The position numbers and the translations under genes are program-made. The notes below the pieces were generated by a model that saw only the letters and a program-made list of their open reading frames with translations, was not told the DNA's origin and searched no databases. A stretch of 64,000 nt of DNA from Lama guanicoe (lineage: Eukaryota): positions 12,717,694 through 12,781,693 of the forward strand of contig MU054323.1 of the NCBI GenBank assembly GCA_013239625.1, given 5' to 3'. Positions 40,761 to 54,400 of this stretch are shown in pieces. Every line of letters starts with the position of its first letter. Position 1 is the first letter of the stretch.

Positions 40761-41569
40761 TATGGACAAGTATGAAATATGTAAAACTAGTGTTGGTAGT
40801 ATAATGAAAATAATGAACCCCCTTTGAGCTCCATCACCAGCTTCATCTGATAAACTTATGGCCATGCTTTTCATTTCTATCCTTGGTCACCCAGTTTTTT
40901 CCAAACACAAAACATATATACACATAGTAGGTTATTTTAAAGCAAATCTAACCTAGGACATCATTTTATGCACCCCATAAGTAACTTAAGCAATGCCTAA
41001 AAGCACAAAGGAGAAAGTAAAAATAAATTTTAACATAAAATTACCTCATGTACCACCATCCAGGAGTAGTGATCAGTAACATTAGTAACTATGAGTGTAT
41101 ATAGAAATGTGAACAGACAGATTGGTAATGGAAGAAGATGAAATTATGAAAATATATGGGGCTTAAACAGAATAGCTATTTCTAGCAGAAATGGAGAGAA
41201 GAGTGAACGACTGTTGGGGCATCAACATTTGTACATTTAAGCCCTTGTAATTTATGTGTGGGCTAGAATGAAGAGAAATTCTGCACATATTTTTGTCAGT
41301 CATAGCTGTTAAGCTAAACAGACTTTTCATGATTGATGAAGTATTTTTGTCCTGTTTTTACCCATTGATTTCTGCTCCCAGGGATTTTATTAGTCAAAGT
41401 ATCATTGTAGATTTTTTTTGTTTGTTTCTTTTTCTTGTTCCTTTGTCCTATTAGATAGTTTCAAAAAGGCAAACATTTGACTAGTTAATATGTATAAAGT
41501 TGACTTACTCTTAAGATGCATTAATTGTAAAATTTGTAATTTTATGGCAAATAAAATTCAGCTGTAATT

Positions 41570-42165
41570 GTTTTGACTCTCTAGGTCCTTTGTATTTCCA
41601 TTACATATTAGAGTCATCTTGTCAGTTTCTACTCCCAACAAAAAGCCCATTTGGAACTTGATTGAAATTACATTCAATGTATTCATTAATTTAGAGAGAG
41701 TTAGCTTATTAACAATATTGGATCTTCTAATATATGGGCATTATGTATCTGTTTGTTTAGATTTCCTTTAATGTCTGTCAGCATTGTTTCTATTTTAAGT
41801 GTTTTGAACTTATCATATTTATCCCAGTTGTATTTTTTATGCTATTGTAAATGATACTGTTTTTAAAATTTCATTTTCTTACTGTTAATAACATAAAAAG
41901 TACACTTGATTTTTATTTATTCACTTGATGTCCTACATTGTGAAACTCATTTAGCAGTTGTACTGGATTCCTTGATATTTCTGTACAGATAGATAATCAT
42001 GTCATGAACATTAAAGACAATTTTATTTATTCTTTCCAATTTATATGACTTTGTTTCTTTAAAACAATTTTTAAATTCCACTATCTAGTTCTTACAGAAG
42101 TTGTCAGTTTAGGAGAAAAGTGTTCAGTCTTTTCACCATTAAATATCATGATTGATGTAGGGTTT
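41570..42165 (-). mobile_element. Old L1 ORF2 fragment
   Basis: ctaggtcctttgtatttcca...gattgaaattacattcaat...atgctattgtaaatg...cagtcttttcaccattaaat. Confidence 0.75.
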
Positions 42166-42178
42166 TTGGTTTGGCTGG

Positions 42179-43414
42179 TTTTTTTTTTTTTACATTTTTT
42201 TACTGAGTTATAATCATTTTACAATGTTGTGTCAATTTCCAGTGTAGAGCACAATTTTTCAGTTACACGTGAACATACATATATTTATTGTCACTTTTTT
42301 TTTCACTGTGAGCTAGCACAAGATCTTGTATATATTTCCCTGTGCTATACAGTATAATCTTGTTTATCTATTCTGCATATACCTGTCAGTATCTACAAAT
42401 TTTGAAATCCGAGTCTGTCCCTTCCTACCCCTAACCCCTTGGCAACCACAAGTTTGTATTCTATGTCTATGAGTCTGTTTTTTTTTTGTACTTAATTTTT
42501 TTTTTTTTTTTTTTAAGATTCCACATATGAGCAATCTCATATGGTATTTTTCTTTCTCTTTCTGGCTTACTTCACTTAGAATGACATTCTCTAGGGACAT
42601 CCATGTTGCTGCAAATGGTGTTATGTTGTCGGTTTTTACGGCTAAATAGTATTCCATTGTATAAATAGACCACATCTTCTTTATCCAATCATCTGTTGAT
42701 GGACATTTAGGCTGTTTCCATATCTTCGCCATTGTAAATAGTGCTGCTATGAACATTGGGGTGCAGGTGTCATTTTGAAGTAGGATTCCTTCTGGATATA
42801 TGCCCAGGAGTGGGATTCCTGGGTCATATGGTAAGTCTATTCCTAGTCTTTTGAGGAATCTGCATACTGTTTTCCACAGTGGCTGCACCAAACTGCATTC
42901 CCATCAGCAGTGTAGGAGGGTTCCCTTTTCTCCACAATCTCTCCAGCATTTGTCATTTGTGGACTTTTGAATGATGGCCATTCTGACTGGTGTGAGGTGA
43001 TACCTACCTCCTTGTAGTTTTGATTTGCATTTCTCTGATAATTAGTGATATTGAGCATTTTTTCATGTGCCTATTGATCATTTGCATTTCTTCCTTGGAG
43101 AATTGCTTGTTTAGGTCTTCGGCCTATTTTTGGATGGAGTTGTTTGTTTTGTATTGAGTCGTATGAGCTGCTTATATATTCTGGAGATCAAGCCTTTGTC
43201 AGTTTCATTTGCAAAAATTTTCTCCCATTCCGTAGGTTGTCGTTTTGTTTTACGTATGGTTTCCTTTGCTGGGCAGAAGCTTGTAATTTTAATTAGGTCC
43301 CATTTGTGTATTCTGCTTTTATTTCTATTGGGTAGACTGCCCTAGGAGAACATTTTTGAGATGTATGTGAGATAATGTTTTGCCTATGTTTTCTTCTAGA
43401 AGGTTTATTGTATC
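42179..43414 (-). mobile_element. Relatively young L1, ORF2 C-terminus and 3' UTR, 5'-truncated
   Basis: ORF 42364-42891 (QPLWKTV...[13 protein letters not shown]...CTPMFIAALFTMAKIWKQPKCPS) is the L1 ORF2 C-terminal domain. Poly-A appears as poly-T at ~42180. Confidence 0.95.
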
Positions 43415-43671
43415 AAGGGGGAGGGGAGTGGGAAGGGACAGACTGGGAGTTCGAAATTTGTAGATCCTGACAGGCATATGTAGAATAGATAAACAAGATT
43501 ATACTGTACAGCACAGGGAAATACATACAAGATCTTGTGGTAGCTCACAGCAAAAAAAACTGTGACAATGAATATATGTATGTTCATGTATAACTGAAAA
43601 ATTGTGCTCTACATTGGAAATTGACACAACATTGTAAAATGAGTGTAACTCAATAAAAATGTTAAAAAAAA
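43414..43671 (+). mobile_element. Second L1 3' end in opposite orientation, abutting the previous one
   Basis: Reverse complement of 42181-42441 (~90% by eye), ending caataaaaatgttaaaaaaaa. Confidence 0.92.
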
Positions 43672-43726
43672 TTAAGTAATTTCCTTTTTTACAGAGGTCA
43701 GAATAGTTTTTAAGATTTTAACTAGA

Positions 43727-43843
43727 GGAGGGATGGTAAAGCTCAAATGGTAGAGCACATGCTTGGCATACACGAGATCTTGGGTTCAATCACCAGTACC
43801 TTCTCTAAAAATAAATAAATAAGTAACCCCCCTTTCCGAAAAC
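43727..43843 (+). mobile_element. tRNA-derived SINE (Vic-1-like) with perfect 15-bp TSD
   Basis: A and B boxes (agctcaaatgg, gggttcaatc). aagattttaactaga at 43712-43726 and 43844-43858. Confidence 0.9.
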
Positions 43844-45102
43844 AAGATTTTAACTAGAAAGAATATATGATAACATATCATTTGTTGCTTTTTCCAACTC
43901 GCATAAGATCATAGCTTAATTCCTTTTGTGTATGTGCCTTTATCTTAAGTTCTTTAAATCATCTATGTGTTATCAACTTACTGTGATCTAGTAATTACTG
44001 AATTATCTTATATTGTCAATAAAATATTTATGGCATGCCTGTACTCTGATAAACCATTGCAGAACAGTTCAAACAGGTACATGATGAGAATTAATTCACT
44101 CTAACATTGTCCCACCAACCCTGGTCCTTTTTCTACTTGAAACTACCTTTACTAGTTTATGGTAAATATTCTTAATATTCTATGTCTATGCAAGTATACC
44201 TAGTACATGTGTGTATCCCTTGTTTTGAAATAAACTTGAAATAAAATATTTATACTGTTCTGAATATAGTCTAGAGATTGTTTCTTTTAAGTATAGCTAC
44301 GGTGGCTCTGTGACACCTCCAATCCCTAGAGAAAGAGTCATATGTTTGGTTAGAGCCAGTACCCACATACTTCCTGTGGTTTGTGTGTATAAGGAGTTAT
44401 CTCTTGATGGCACTGTCCATGAGAATTTTTTGCTGTGGTGGAAATGTTCTGTGTCTGTGCTGTCCAGGTATTAGGTCCTTATTTCACATAATTCACAAAA
44501 GTAAATTCCAGTTGGGTGAAAGCCACGAAACCTAACAAAGCAACTTATAAAAGCTTTAGAAGCAATACATGTTCTTAGAGTAGGATATCCATTTTTAGAT
44601 GCATGTAACATGTATTAAGAAAGAAAATTCATTTGACTTATAGCTGATAATTGAAAGATAGCATTGTCAACTTTTTTTTTCCTAACAAGTTGATTTGTTG
44701 AATTATACTTCTGATAAACTGTGGTCATATTTTGTTTTACCTGAGATACAATGGCTTCATTTCAATTTAATTTTTAAAATATATTTTTACATCATACTGA
44801 TAAATATATTTACTGCCATAGTGGATTATCTGGACTACTTAACCATTTTTATGTGTGATATACCTAAATGGTACTTAATTACATTTCTTGTTATCACCCC
44901 AATTCTATGCCTTACTCATTTTTTTGTTCCCTGAAAGTGCCTATACACTTTTCATGTTGGTCCTTCACTAACATTAACATTAGCCCATTTACCAACTAAC
45001 CAATTAATAATATTAATATCCAAGTAGAAGCTTCACTGCTGTGGATTTACTTTCATATTGCGCATGTGCTCATTTTATCCTTTTCCCCCTTCCTTTGTAT
45101 AG

Positions 45103-45313
45103 TTCTCGACATGGCAAGGCATGTGCCACTCTATCGAGCTCTGCTGGAATTGCTCCGGGCCATTGCTTCCTGTACGTGCATGGTGCCCCTATTGTTGCCT
45201 CTTTCGACAGAGAATGGTGAAGAGGAAGAAGAACAGTCAGAGTGTCAAACTTCTGTTGGTACATTATTAGCCAAAATGAAGACCTGTGTTGATACCTACA
45301 CCAACCGTTTAAG
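45103..45313 (+). CDS. BIRC6: BIRC6 coding exon isolated between two ~15-17 kb introns
   Basis: Acceptor cctttgtatag|, reads VLDMARHVPLYRALLELLRAIASC...KMKTCVDTYTNRL(R), donor AG|GTACTA. 211 nt, phase 1 to 2. Confidence 0.95.
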
Positions 45314-47545
45314 GTACTAGACTTTGTTCATTTCTCTTGACCTGTAACGATCTTTTTTTAATAGCTTTGTGGTTTTTTAAAATGATACATGCTAATTAAA
45401 CACACATATGCACAGATAATAAATAAAACTACAGAGAAAAAGTACCTACCAAATCCTACAGTCAGAAATGCTTATTCACAGTGGCTTATCAGACAGCTCC
45501 CTATGTGATCTTACAGTTATAGATATAGTTTTCCTTAAATGCTTTCACGCTGTACCAGTTACACAGATAGAACCTAGTTTTATTCAATATTGAGATCAAC
45601 AATATCTTCACTGTCAGTAAGTTCATATTGCTGATATTCTTAATACTTCTGAGTATGCATTGTGTATAGATGCTGTATTTTACTTAACCATCTATTAGTG
45701 GACATTTGAGTTATTTCTGATTTATAATAACCTCAGACATACATCTTTCAGAACTTGTAGAAGTCTCTGCAGAGTAGATTCATAGAAGTAGAACTGTGGG
45801 ATTAATGGATTTTAGAAGTCAGAGGATTCAGTATTTGTTAGAGTTATAATAAAGTGTATTTATCTTCTTGGGAAATTGAGTTTTTAAATGAATCTGATTT
45901 AAGTTTAAGTTTATACCTCACTAGAAGTCAGATGGTGAGTTTTGTAATCAAGAACTCTTTTTTAAATAACATTTTCCTGGTAACTTTTTCCAATCTCTTA
46001 GCACAGTCCATTCAGTGGTGTCAGTTTTACTTAAAGATGATGCTTCTATAAACATCAGTATTAGGCTGGAGGAAGTATATTCCTTTGTCAGTGGTCTTTT
46101 TGATTGAATTAATCTTCTTTACCATCTTTGCAGTATATTTGTTCTACCTGTTCTCACTTATTTTTTAAGAACCTAAAATTTGGGAAATGCAGTATACATC
46201 AAATGATGGCAGAGAATTGGTCATTAGAGAAACGGTGTTTGGCAGTCCTTATTTTTCTGAGAGAAACCAACTTGTCAGATTATCATGACTCTGTTAGCTT
46301 ATTGTACTATCATTATCACTTTCAAAACTAGTGGCTCGCTGACAGGCAGTAAGAATCACAAATTAAAGAACAGATCAAAGAAGAGCCACTTGGTAGCAAT
46401 ATAAAAAGCTATAGGGTCATACTCTTGCTAGGGAAGGAAAATGTAAAGGTATATTTTCTTTGATAGTGTGAGACTTCTGTTGTAGAGAAGAAAATAATAT
46501 TATATTTGGTCCCATCCTTTGTGGCAAAAGTCTTTCTAACTAGTAACCTAAGCAGCTTTAACATAATTGTATAAAAAGAGTGTGGTATCATAATTGAACT
46601 GAAGACCTGATTTTCTAATTGAGTTAATGTCTGATTAAGACGTGTCTAATTGAACTTCCTATTCTCTGCCCTGGCCTTCTGTGTTCCTTACTCCTGCACA
46701 ATAAACATATATTTTTTGACAAAGCGATTAATAATACAGATTAAACAGAGCTTTGAAATTGCCCTTGTGTATTTTTAGGGGCAATTTACTCTTGTGTTTC
46801 TGTATCTTATATTTCTCTGTTTTAAGATGTATTATACTCATTTACAACTAAAAATTAAGAATTTATGAAACCTTGAGTGGTTTTTCCAGTAGTATTTTAT
46901 TTCTTAGTTGAAAAATTGTGCAAAGATTTGGAATGTAATTATTATTGCTTTGGTTAAAAATATTATAAATTTGTGTTGTTATAAATGTGAGAATAAAACC
47001 ATTAAAGTAAGAATAACTTTCTTTAAACTATGTATTTCCTTATCCCATAATTTCTATTGGATCCTGCAAAAATGAAATTATGTACTGAGTGCTAAGGTAA
47101 TTATAGAAGATGCTTATTGCAGTAATTGGAATTTGTACACCTAGAGTACCTTTTTCATTGCTTTTATTAATTTAATGTATTTTCTTTTCACATAGCATGT
47201 AGTAAAATTTTTTTTAAGTAAACTTCTGCATGAAATGGATTAGTTAATGAGTGATTCACTACAGAAACTTCATTGCAGTTAGAGGATAACCAAATTTTGT
47301 TTAACTGGAGCTCTTTATGTTTCTAGTTGGTTACCTGGAAAAAAATATTCTTCAAATTCTTTCCTTCTTTCAGTAAAGAAAAAATGACACTTCAGACTTC
47401 TAAGTTCTGTACCAGTAAAACATGCATGTAAAGATCATATTGACAATGCACAGAGCTCATTTCATTTGTTATTTTATCTTTACAGTGACCCTGTGCAGTA
47501 ACTATTTTAAAAAACTATTTTACTGATCAGGAAATGCTCATAGAA

Positions 47546-47600
47546 CCAGAAATGACACAACATTGTAAACTGACTATACTTAACTTCAATTTAAAAAAAC
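47546..47600 (+). mobile_element. L1 extreme 3' tip
   Basis: ccagaaatgacacaacattgtaaactgactatactt...aaaaaaa. Confidence 0.7.
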
Positions 47601-48189
47601 GAAACACTTGTAGAGAATTTTGTATTAGGGTCTAAATATGCATCATGGTTGAGATCCCTCATGATATCTATAGCCTCTATTAAAAAAAGAAGCCAGAGAA
47701 ACATATATGTTATAACACCTCTGCTTTCATTTGAAAGTTTGGCATCTTGAGAATTCACTTTCCACTTCACAGAGAGAGGGTAAAATCTTTTCTTTTCCAG
47801 CCTTTTAAAACTTAAGATGTATTTCTTTTCATATTTTCATTAGAATAAAGTGAAGAGTATAGTCCAATTTCTTATAAAGTCTTTACCCACAGAAGTTGGC
47901 CTAAATTCAGTTTTAACAGTGTCAAAGTGCAGAGCTTCCGCCTCCTCCCCACCCCACTACCTGTCTGCCTCATCCCCCCAAAAAATCAAAAACCCAGGAT
48001 ACTCTACGAAGAGAATGGTCAAGGCAAATACATTCTGTTTATATATCACTTTTAGGTTATGTTTTAGTGCTTCATCAAGCTTTGGAGTTACGGCTTTAAA
48101 ATTACTGTGTAGGTGTACCACAGCTCAAAACATTTTTACATTATTTCTGTCTTTTTTTTTCTCAGTAAGAAATAGGAGGCCCTGGGGGC

Positions 48190-48191
48190 TT

Positions 48192-48226
<35 letters not shown>

Positions 48227-48262
48227 TGCTTTCTTGCTTTCTGCTTTCTTTCTTTCCTTCTT
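48190..48262 (+). repeat. (GGCT)n / (CTTT)n microsatellite
   Basis: Tandem ggct units grading into gctt and cttt units. Confidence 0.92.
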
Positions 48263-48894
48263 TCTGGTGAGACAGAGCGAATATTAGTTTACTAATTATG
48301 TTTATATATCTTATTGTATTACTTTGTTTTTTTTCTTTATTTCTCACTTGTACTTTTTTTAAACCAAGCACATACAAAAGGCATGTAATTTTTTTTCCGT
48401 TCAAATGAAATTTTAACATAGTACTCTTTGGTCATCTTAGATAAAGAAAAATAGGTTCTCTGTAATTTGCAGTCTTTAGATGATAATTATTATTACATAT
48501 AATGATTTTTCATTTAAGTTATTTCTTCTGTATATGCTATACTTAAAAATTCTATCTTTTGTGGATGAAAGGAAGGATAAAATGTTTTGCCCAAGTACAA
48601 AAAGGTAGTTTACTTTTTACTAGTAGGAATAACCTAATTGAGATTATCTATCCTCTCTTGAAGACAACGCCTAAACCCAACTAGTTTTGATCTCAGAATT
48701 CAAAAAATGATGGAGACTGTATAGGTTAGCTGACTCTTCCCCCCAAGTCTGAAATCTTCTATAACAGGAAATAGAAAAATATCATTAAGCTGAAAAGGCA
48801 GATTGTTTACTTTGCTTTTATCTAATTTGTGCTTTAGAAAATTGTGATTATATTTCGATAGATAAGATCTGGCCTGGTCACAAGAACATCACTG

Positions 48895-49385
48895 ATTTGT
48901 TCATTTAACAGATATTTATAGAATGTTCATGAGAGCATAACAAAGAAAGGTCTTTTTTCGAAGGGACTGACATAAATGGGGAAACAGTAACTAGACAGTT
49001 TTAATAACACAGTACCTGGTGTATTGGAAGTATAAGACATTACTGGAGGATCAACCCAGATTTGGAAGCCCAAAGAATAAGTAGAAATTGACTAAATGAA
49101 GAGGGATGGGGGCTGGTATACCAGGCTGCGAAAATAATGTTAGTAGTGGAAGAAAGCATCACATATTCAGGGAAATCTAAAGAAGTCTGGTATGCCTGGG
49201 TATCCTGTGGGTAGGAGATAGAGGTGGGAAATGAGGCTAGAGAAGAAAGCAAGTGCTCGAAGAACTTCATAGTTCCTTGCTCTTAAATATGGTGAAGAGC
49301 TATTAGAAGGAGTTCAGCAGGGCTCTAATTAGATTTGCATTGTAAAAAAGATTATCTTGCAGTATAGCTGAAGAGTTGGGATGGA
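48895..49385. mobile_element. L2 fragment
   Basis: ttcatttaacagatatttat...gaggtgggaaatgaggctagaga...agatttgcattgtaaaaaagattatc. Confidence 0.55.
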
Positions 49386-51012
49386 AGTTAGCAGACTAAA
49401 CTGCCATGGAAGAGATTTTCATCCTTTCCATCTTGACATTCGAGCTATTTGTATCCTCTCCCCATTCTGCCATTTGTGGGGACTGAGGATTTGTGTCCAT
49501 TAGCATTCTTGCACTAATATTATGGATTTACTGGAAAGTTAGTTCATGAGTAGAAATACTTTCTATGTTCTAGATGTTTGACTTTAAAAAATCAATAATA
49601 TAACTGAGGCTTTAAATTATTTATTAACTACATTATTCTGCCTATGTATTAATATTGGCGACTGCAGATTTATTCCTAGGAATCTCCTTCAATAAACTGC
49701 AAGTACTATTGGGTGAATGGTTCTGGGAGCATGGTTTCTTTTGTTAACATATAAGAATCTGAAGTCTAATCCCACGTGGAAGTTTTCCAGTACTGATCTT
49801 ACCAGGTTATTTAAGTGACCCAGTTAGACAGGAAACAACCATTTATTGGCTTGACAGAGGCTCAGAATCATTAGTAGAGAATCTAAAGTCTCTTAATGTT
49901 AAGGTTCAGGAATGGCAGGATGAGACTACATGCACAGTCATACATTCTTCTGCTATTTCCTTAAAGCTGTCATCCAGCTAGAATTATAGATGTGGAAAAT
50001 TTTATATGATGGTAAGTAGGCTTTAGATATAATTTTTCTGGAGCTTTTTGTCTGTTATTTTAGAATTCATCTAACTCTAAAAAGAGTCCTCAGGTAATAA
50101 GAGGATTTTTATTAATCTGATCAGATAAGTCAAACCATTTTCATGGTTGAAAACTGAAGGAAATTTTTCTTGGTAGAAATTCTTTGTCAGAGTGCAGAGT
50201 CTTGGCATGAGATTCTTAAGAGGAAGGACTTTCAAATCTTATACCACCTATGCTATTGTTAGAATCTCTGTTTAGATTTTTTTTTTAACCAAACATTTTA
50301 TGTAAAGAGGAAATTTCAAATTATTACCATATCAGAAGAACCAGTGTCATTTGCCATAAATAACCTAGCTTTTGTTTTTAAATGTGGCCACAGTTTAGAG
50401 TGGTGTTTTGGTTCTCATCCTCACCTTAAGAGTTTTACAAAAAGTAGCTGGTTTTTACCTTAACATTCTTCTCTTCCTTTTTACTTTTCACTTCCCTGCT
50501 CTGCAAGATACCTAGTGTCCTCTTTTGATCCCTGTCCAGCAAAGCACCTTATAACTAGGTGTGTCCTACTGTTCCAGAATTTTGCCCTTTTCAAGACAGA
50601 CTTATATAAAGAAGGAAATGACCCTTTTGCCTTTCAAGGGGGCATTGTATTTTAATAAAGGATAACTCAGGTAACTCTTGGGTGAAGGATGGATTGACGA
50701 TGTATTAGTTGGGTTGCCTTCTACACCATACCCCCTTTTAGGCAATATGCTGAGGAGATGACTTGGTAGAATCAATATTGCAGCCATAATACCAAACTTT
50801 TTACACATCCAAAGGCTTCAGTAAGAATGACTGCTTAGAGGAGGAACTTGAGTTGGCACAGTGGCACAACACAATGGGAATTCCTTTTATGCCTGTCAGT
50901 TCTATAATTAAGAGTTTTTGCTGGTATATATAATAATACATGAAATATAATTATATATGCATGTATATATCAGTAGACATATAGATATCTGAAAAGTAGC
51001 CTCTGAATTTTA

Positions 51013-51423
51013 TCTTTTTTTCTTAAAGTGAAAGCAAGTTTATTAAGAGAGAGACACACTTCACAGAGAGTGGGGTCCATCTCACTCAGAAGGGAAAAAT
51101 GGGAAAAGGCTTAGGAGATACATACTGTGTAGGCAGAATATGGGCCATCTCAGAAAGGTGAGAGGGAGAGAAGCTAAGAGGTGCAGGGTGTTTAAAGTAA
51201 AAGTAGATACACACTCCATAGACAGAGTGCAGGCCTTCTCAGAAGGCAAGAGAGAGAGAGAGGTCAACTGGTACAGTGTTGTTAGTTTTTATGAGTTCAG
51301 TAATTTCATATGCTAACAAGTGGGAGGATTATTCCAACTGTTGTGAGGTGTTTAAAGTAAAAGTAGATACACACTCCATAGACAGAGTGCAGGCCTTCTC
51401 AGAAGGCAAGAGAGACAGTGACC
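51013..51423 (-). mobile_element. ERV LTR-like sequence with poly-A and TSD, containing a 69-bp perfect direct repeat
   Basis: gcaagtttattaag and agtagatacacactc...gttagtttttatg are LTR-like. AATAAA on - at 51039-51044, T-rich tract 51013-51024, ctgaatttta at 51003 and 51424. Confidence 0.65.
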
Positions 51424-54400
51424 CTGAATTTTAACTTTTGAAATAATAGACTCTAAGGCATGTTTCAGATTTCTTCAATTATAATTATACCTTAACAGAA
51501 TGATTATCTCATGGGCGAGGATTAGTTTGGTGACTGATAATTACAGTACTCTGCTGGGATTGGTATTAATGTAAACCAGAGCAGTATTTCAAGGAATGAA
51601 TATACTTCTCATTTATCATCTGCTTTCTTGGCCAGATTAACTGTTGATATGGCAGGGTGACAACTAGGAGTGATTTATTATGATTTAGGCTGCCTTTAAA
51701 AAGCCGTTAAATATTTACTGTACAAATTGCGTTAAGAATTTCCTAAAGATAATACTATTTTAATATTCTTTTACTCCTGATTCTGTATTTTTATTATCTA
51801 CCACTTCTTCTGATAAGTCCTTTCAAGATTCACAATTTGTAGTAACTGCTGAGAGTGAATTTAAATCTAATGGTTAACATAAGTAAACTGATTGATACTG
51901 CTGTTGGCTGAGTATTAGTAAGCATTTATGTTAAGATAAATCAGGAATAACATTCCTTTAGGTAGCACAGAGGACTAGGCCAAAGAGTATTACTTAAAAA
52001 TAGATAATTTTTACATTCAGCACTTTCCAACTTTTTTCTGAAACAGCCAAGATTAAAGGTAATTAATTATGAGGATTTTTTTCAGAAATTAATTTTTTCT
52101 AAATATATATGATATGTTTTGTAGCAAAAACATATACTGGTTTTACGCCATTTTAAAAACATACCTTAACTGTACCTATAAGGTTAAATGTATTTATCAC
52201 TTAAGGCCATTTTCTGTCATCATCTATTGCTTAAAATCTAAACAGAATTGGAACATTTCAGGATGCCATCATAAGGAAATTTTGTATTTTTTTATTGTTC
52301 AATTGAAAATTTTTGTAATTTGAACAAAAATGGAGAAATGGTTGACTGAAGTATTGGTTCTGTTTAACTTTGTTTGCCTCAATAATATTAAGTAGTTCAT
52401 TTACTTTATTTCAGAGAAATTATTTAAAAAGCCACTTTAGTAATCACTTCAATAGAAGAATCAAAGGAATTCCAAGATAATTGAATGTTCTTATTTCTTT
52501 TGCCTGTCTCCTGCTGTAATAGGCACTTAGGAAGAACAAATAGTTTAACATTTATCCACAAAGGATAAGTAGAATTCACTCAATGCCTAGTGTTTGAAAA
52601 CTTCTGTTACGATAAATGTTTTATTTTTCAGGTGCCCTCAGTGTAGCAGTATTAACACTTTTCTTTCTTTCCTAACACAGAAAAAATTTTATCCAAATTA
52701 AAAATAATTTAACCCAAAAAGTCTTAATATCTGATTTTTTTCTTTAGTTTTATAATTTGTGTTTAGTAGTTTTAATTTTTAGATCTACAAGCTGTGGAAG
52801 AAATAGTTGCCGAGAGGCCAAAAGAGGGGTAGAGAGGGAACGCATGCCAGAATGAGAGCATGATATGAAAAGTAGGAGGTAAAGGGTGTTTAAAGGTATA
52901 AGCAGTCAGTGTTAGATACATACCAGAGACAGCCTGTGATGAGATTTTTACTGATGCATTAGTCCAAGGTCACTACCACTTAATTTTATACTGATTATGA
53001 GAAATAAAAATCTGGTGAAAATGAATTTTTGTAACTGTCAGAATAATGACTTAGGCAGATAGAAGACTGAAGTATTTCCTGAATTCCTTTTGTTTTGCCA
53101 ATTTGAATAATTTTGATTTGTATAGTGTTTATGTTCCAGCCTCTATGCTTTTATTGATTTCTCTTTTTGTGTCTGGAGAGTAAGCCAGACTGCTTTAAAT
53201 TGTGAGTAACTTACAATAAATATATAATAGCGTATAGATTTATATTAAAAATACATGGAAGTAATAATATAACCTAACTTTTATGTCAGATACACAATTT
53301 CAAAAGTTCTCAGGTGTCTGTTACTAGTTTTTCCTGCTCTGTGTGGTAGACAAGAAAATATTCTTGTTTGCCAAAGAATGAAACTATTGCTTAGAGTTTA
53401 ACATTTAAAAACTTACTAATAGTTAATAAATCTTAGATTTAGCTCCCCAGTCCCCTGACGCCTGTGATGTTCATTATCACAAACAATATTTATGAAGAAA
53501 AACAAGTTAATTGACCCAAAGCCCAGATACTTCTATTTTTATACACCATTGCTCAGAATTGTTCAGTGATCACTTAGGTTTCATGCTTGTGTAAAGGCTA
53601 GACTTGAGCCTTAGCTGGTTCCTGAAAAACACTTAAAGTACCAAAATGCTGCTTATTCTATTATTTAAGTGATGAACAAACAAAAACTCATACAAATTAA
53701 AAATTGACTTAATACTTCTACCTCAGTAGCATAACATACCAATATAAAATGATTATTTGTTTCTTATCAGATTACATTAGATGAGCTTAAAGTTTCAGGA
53801 CAGTTCCCACTATTTTTATCTCTGACAAAACCTCAAGCAATCTAAATTGCTGAATTTGAAGTCTCTTGCATAGTAAGATTTAGTTTATAATCTTATCTTT
53901 CTGGGCATATCACAGTAAGTAACCTGTCCCATGTTATCAGTTGGTTTTTAAAACTGTAAGAGATTCTCTTTAGAGTTCAGATAGTTCAGAACCACCTTTT
54001 TATAAACGAGGAAAACGAAGTCCAGAAATACTGTGATCTTTTCCAGGTTCTCTGATGGTTAGTGGCAGAGCTATAAGATCTAAAATCTAATGTCCCAATC
54101 AAGTATATTTATCAAGTTAACCATCCAAAGAACAATTCAATTTATGCATCAGTGAATAATTAGAAGTTGGGGAGGTGTACTTTTCTCTTATCTGCCTTTG
54201 GAAATCTAGGATACATTCAAAATATTTTAAATGTTGACAAGTAAAATTTTTTAATTGAAAGATTTGCTTCTGATAAAGTATATACAATAATGAAGATTCT
54301 ACAGAATTTTTCTGATGTTTTCTTTTGCTCATCTTTTTTAATTCCCCTGAAGAATTTTTAAGTTAGCACTATGATAAGATGTTAAAAGGTAGCATGTTTC

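Noticed and set aside
42364..42891. 175-aa ORF as a host gene or active retroelement
   Set aside because: It is the C-terminal part of L1 ORF2 in a 5'-truncated, frameshifted copy.
28326..45102. Orthologs of human intronic annotations (MIR558, BIRC6 antisense lncRNAs)
   Set aside because: Cannot be recognised from the sequence alone, so they are not claimed.
46756..46787. 11-bp hairpin aaattgccctt/aggggcaattt (a similar 8-bp one at 39332-39354)
   Set aside because: Short stems of this size are expected in 64 kb of AT-rich DNA, and there is no other support.
48140..48172. Strong pyrimidine tract plus cAGTAAGA as a recursive splice site
   Set aside because: AG and GT overlap (AGT) instead of being juxtaposed as AG|GT, so no donor is regenerated.
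51187..51415. Direct repeats with a spacer as a CRISPR-like array
   Set aside because: Only two 69-bp copies inside an LTR-like element in a eukaryotic genome.
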